A stretch of DNA of 28,317 nt from Utricularia gibba (Eukaryota > Plantae > Magnoliophyta). The DNA lies in assembly GCA_002189035.1 (NCBI GenBank), contig NEEC01000486.1, positions 1 to 28,317 on the forward strand, read 5' to 3'. Under the pieces are notes generated by a model that did not search any database, was not told the origin of the DNA, and saw only the letters and a list, made by a program, of their open reading frames with translations. The translations under genes were made by a program, and so were the position numbers. Numbering within the stretch: position 1 is the first letter of the stretch; every line of letters starts with the position of its first letter. Below are positions 24,501 to 28,317 of the stretch, piece after piece.

Positions 24501-27500
24501 ATTAACGTTCGTTTTCAGGGGCTTCCTACAAGGTTTTTCAAGGAACAACTTCTCGTTTTGTGTCGGCCACTCTCACTGGGCACTTGGTCCGGCGCTGCGT
24601 TCGGTCCGGCTCATGAGCCCAACCGGGTGCGAGTCGACGAAAATAATGATGCATTTGTTTAAAGTAAGATGTCACGTGCACCCCACATGATTTTTTCAAC
24701 AACTTACTTTATACTTGAGGAGGCGGTCTTGGGGGCACCTCAAAGGTCAGGTTGGGTTGGGCCGAAAGTTAGTTGTAGCCTGGCAACTAAAGCGATGCAT
24801 TATTAACGTTCGGTTTTCAGGGGCTTCCTACAAGGTTTTTCAAGGAACAACTTCTCGTTTTGTGTCGGCCACTCTCACTGGGCACTTGGTCGGCGCTTTC
24901 GGTCCGGCTCATGAGCCCAACCGGGTGCGAGTCGACGAAAATAATGATGCATTTGTTTAAAGTAAGATGTCACGTGCACCCCACATGATTTTTTCAACAA
25001 CTTACTTTATACTTGAGGAGGCGGTCTTGGGGGCACCTAGAACGTCAGGTTGGGTTAGGGCCGAAAGTTAGTTGTAGCCTGGCAACTAAAGCGATGCACT
25101 TATTAACGTTCGGTTTTCAGGGGCTTCCTACAAGGTTTTTCAAGGAACAACTTCTCGTTTACTCTCACTGGGCACTTGGTCCGGCGCTGCGTTCGGTCCG
25201 GCTCATGAGCCCAACCGGGTGCGAGTCGACGAAAATAATGATGCATTTGTTTAAAGTAAGATGTCACGTGCACCCCACATGATTTTTTCAACAACTTACT
25301 TTATACTTGAGGAGGCGGTCTTGGGGGCACCTAGAACGGACAAAGGTCAGTTGGTTAGGGCCGAAAGTTAGTTGTAGCCTGCAACTAAAGATGCACTTAT
25401 TAACGTTCGGTTTTCAGGGGCTTCCTACAAGGTTTTTCAAGAACAACTTCTCGTTTTGTGTCGGCCACTCTCACTGGGCACTTGGTCATGAGCCCAACCG
25501 GGTGCGAGTCGACGAAAATAATGATGCATTTGTTTAAAGTAAGATGTCACGTGCACCCCATGATTTTTTCAACAACTTACTTTATACTTGAGGAGGCGGT
25601 CTTGGGGGGCACCTAGAACGGGACAAAGGTCAGGTTGGGTTAGGGCCGAAAGTTAGTTGTAGCCTGGCAACTAAAGCGATGCACTTATTAACGTTCGGTT
25701 TTCAGGGGCTTCCTACAAGGTTTTTCAAGGAACAACTTCTCGTTTTGTGTCGGCCACTCTCACTGGGCACTTGGTCGGCGCTGCGTTCGGTCCGGCTCAT
25801 GAGCCCAACCGGTGCGAGTCGACGAAAATAATGATGCATTTGTTTAAAGTAAGATGTCACGTGCACCCCACATGATTTTTTCAACAACTTACTTTATACT
25901 TGAGGAGGCGGTCTTGGGGGCACCTAGAACGGGACAAAGGTCAGGTTGGTTAGGGCCGAAAGTTAGTTGTAGCCTGGCAACTAAAGCGATGCACTTATTA
26001 ACGTTCGGTTTTCAGGGGCTTCCTACAAGGTTTTCAAGGAACAACTTCTCGTTTTGTGTCGGCCACTCTTGGGCACTTGGTCGGCGCTGCGTTCGGTCCG
26101 GCTCATGAGCCCAACCGGGTGCGAGTCGACGAAAATAATGATGCATTTGTTTAAAGTAAGATGTCACGTGCACCCCACATGATTTTTCAACAACTTACTT
26201 TATACTTGAGGAGGCGGTCTTGGGGGCACCTAGAACGGGACAAAGGTCAGGTTGGGTTAGGGCCGAAAGTTAGTTGTAGCCTGGCAACTAAAGCGATGCA
26301 CTTATTAACGTTCGGTTTTCAGGGGCTTCCTACAAGGTTTTTCAAGGAACACTTCTCGTTTTGTGTCGGCCACTTGGGCACTTGGTTGCGTTCGGTCCGG
26401 CTCATGAGCCCAACCGGGTGCGAGTCGACGAAAATAATGATGCATTTGTTTAAAGTAAGATGTCACGTGCACCCCACATGATTTTTTCAACAACTTACTT
26501 TATACTTGAGGAGGCGGTCTTGGGGGCACCTAGAACGGACAAAGGTCAGGTTGGGTTAGGGCGAAAGTTAGTTGTAGCCTGGCAACTAAAGCGATGCACT
26601 TATTAACGTTCGGTTTTCAGGGCTTCCTACAAGGTTTTTCAAGGAACAACTTCTCGTTTTGTGTCGGCCACTCTCACTGGGCACTTGGTCCGGCGCTGCG
26701 TTCGTCCGGCTCATGAGCCCACCGGGTGCGAGTCGACGAAAATAATGATGCATTTGTTTAAAGTAAGATGTCACGTGCACCCCACATGATTTTTTCAACA
26801 ACTTACTTTATACTTGAGGAGGCGGTCTTGGGGGCACCTAGAACGGGACAAAGGTCAGGTTGGGTTAGGGCCGAAAGTTAGTTGTAGCCTGCAACTAAAG
26901 ATGCACTTATTAACGTTCGGTTTTCAGGGGCTTCCTACAAGGTTTTTCAAGGAACAACTTCTCGTTTTGTGTCGGCCACTCTCACTGGGCACTTGGTCCG
27001 GCGCTGCGTTCGGTCCGGCTCATGAGCCCAACCGGGTGCGAGTCGACGAAAATAATGATGCATTTGTTTACGTGCACCCCACATGATTTTTTCAACAACT
27101 TACTTTATACTTGAGGAGGCGGTCTTGGGGGGCACCTAGAACGGGACAAAGGTCAGGTTGGTTAGGGCCGAAAGTTAGTTGTAGCCTGGCAACTAAAGCG
27201 ATGCACTTATTAACGTTCGGTTTTCAGGGCTTCCTACAAGGTTTTTCAAGGAACAACTTCTCGTTTTGTGTCGGCCACTCTCACTGGGCACTTGGTCCGG
27301 CGCTGCGTTCGGTCCGGCTCATGAGCCCAACCGGGTGCGAGTCGACGAAAATAATGATGCATTTGTTTAAAGTAAGATGTCACGTGCACCCCACATGATT
27401 TTTTCAACAACTTACTTTATACTTGAGGAGGCGGTCTTGGGGGCACCTAGAAGGGGACAAAGGTCAGGTTGGGTTAGGGCGAAAGTTAGTTGTAGCCTGG

Positions 27501-28317
27501 CAACTAAAGCGATGCACTTATTAACGTTCGGTTTTCAGGGGCTTCCTACAAGGTTTTTCAAGCAACTTCTCGTTTTGTGTCGGCCACTCTCACTGGGCAC
27601 TTGGTCCGGCGCTGCGTTCGGTCCGGCTCATGAGCCCAACGGGTGCGAGTCGACGAAAATAATGATGCATTTGTTTAAAGTAAGATGTCACGTGCACCCC
27701 ACATGATTTTTTCAACAACTTACTTTATACTTGAGGAGGCGGTCTTGGGGGCACCTAGAACGGGACAAAGGTCAGGTTGGGTTAGGGCCGAAAGTTAGTT
27801 GTAGCCTGGCAACTAAAGCGATGCACTTATTAACGTTCGGTTTTCAGGGCTTCCTACAAGGTTTTTCAAGGAACAACTTCTCGTTTTGTGTCGGCCACTC
27901 TCACTGGGCACTTGGTCCGGCGCTGCGTTCGGTCCGGCTCATGAGCCAACCGGGTGCGAGTCGACGAAAATAATGATGCATTTGTTTAAAGTAAGATGTC
28001 ACGTGCACCCCACATGATTTTTTCAACAACTTACTTTATACTTGAGGAGGCGGTCTTGGGGGCACCAGAACGGGACAAAGGTCAGGTTGGGTTAGGGCCG
28101 AAAGTTAGTTGTAGCCTGGCAACTAAAGATGCACTTATTAACGTTCGGTTTTCAGGGGCTTCCTACAAGGTTTTTCAAGGAACAACTTCTCGTTTTGTGT
28201 CGGCCACTCTCACTGGGCACTTGGTCCGGCGCTGCGTTCGGTCCGGCTCATGAGCCCAACCGGTGCGAGTCGACGAAAATAATGATGCATTTGTTTAAAG
28301 TAAGATGTCACGTGCAC
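15512..28317 (+). repeat. Deletion-rich segment of the array (copies 50-93)
   Basis: Mean period (28042-15512)/42 = 298.3 bp. Many multi-base deletions, including one of ~139 nt at 16186/16187, interspersed with intact copies (e.g. 20729..21042). Confidence 0.9.

Larger units (their letters stand above)
1..28317 (+). repeat. Head-to-tail tandem array of a ~314-bp monomer (~92.6 copies); satellite-like array or rolling-circle concatemer
   Basis: The same monomer recurs through the entire window. The TTGAGGAGG landmark falls at 219, 532, ... 15512 (copy 50) ... 28042 (copy 92). Period is 314 with a G6 tract and 313 with G5. All copies are in one orientation, with no intervening unique DNA. Confidence 0.99.

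Noticed and set aside
219-28253. All ORFs in the six-frame track (MRRRSWGHLERD..., MHLLTFGFQG..., MLKKSCGVHV... and variants)
   Set aside because: They are the same repeat read in frames that change with every indel, and most start at TTG. The only stable ATG ORF of any length (e.g. 309..479, 56 aa) lacks a ribosome-binding site and any recognisable domain.
1-28317. CRISPR array or higher-order repeat
   Set aside because: There are no unique spacers and the unit is far too long. The G5/G6 pattern is statistically unclustered by hand tally and no block of variants repeats periodically.
28314-28317. The window ends in GCAC and begins right after a GCAC of the consensus, as if circularly joinable
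   Set aside because: GCAC occurs four times per monomer and the two sites are different positions in the unit. Window boundaries may be arbitrary.

Overview
The whole 28,317-nt window is one head-to-tail tandem array of a single ~314-bp monomer. By hand count there are 92 complete copies plus a ~0.6 partial copy, all in the same orientation, with no unique sequence, insertion or inversion. A consensus-identical copy lies at 315..628 (hand count: ~50% GC, 18 CpG vs ~19 expected, G=86, T=86, A=72, C=70). I find no credible protein-coding gene, rRNA, tRNA, CRISPR array or transposase, and the ORF track is just the repeat read in frames shifted by indels. The most informative signal is how the copies differ. 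Differences are almost purely deletions (homopolymer shortening plus 2-139-nt drop-outs), with only about four substitution-like changes seen. Loss rises from ~2 nt/unit before ~15.5 kb to ~15 nt/unit after it. This fits one template copied about 92 times (a rolling-circle concatemer or a noisy long-read/consensus) or a very recently amplified satellite, better than an old satellite. The monomer contains nested, collinear complementary segments that could fold into a quasi-rod. A small structured circular replicon (viroid-sized RNA or small DNA circle) is therefore the most exciting hypothesis. It is an inference: no intact ribozyme core or complete viroid motif was found, and the source organism cannot be determined from the sequence.
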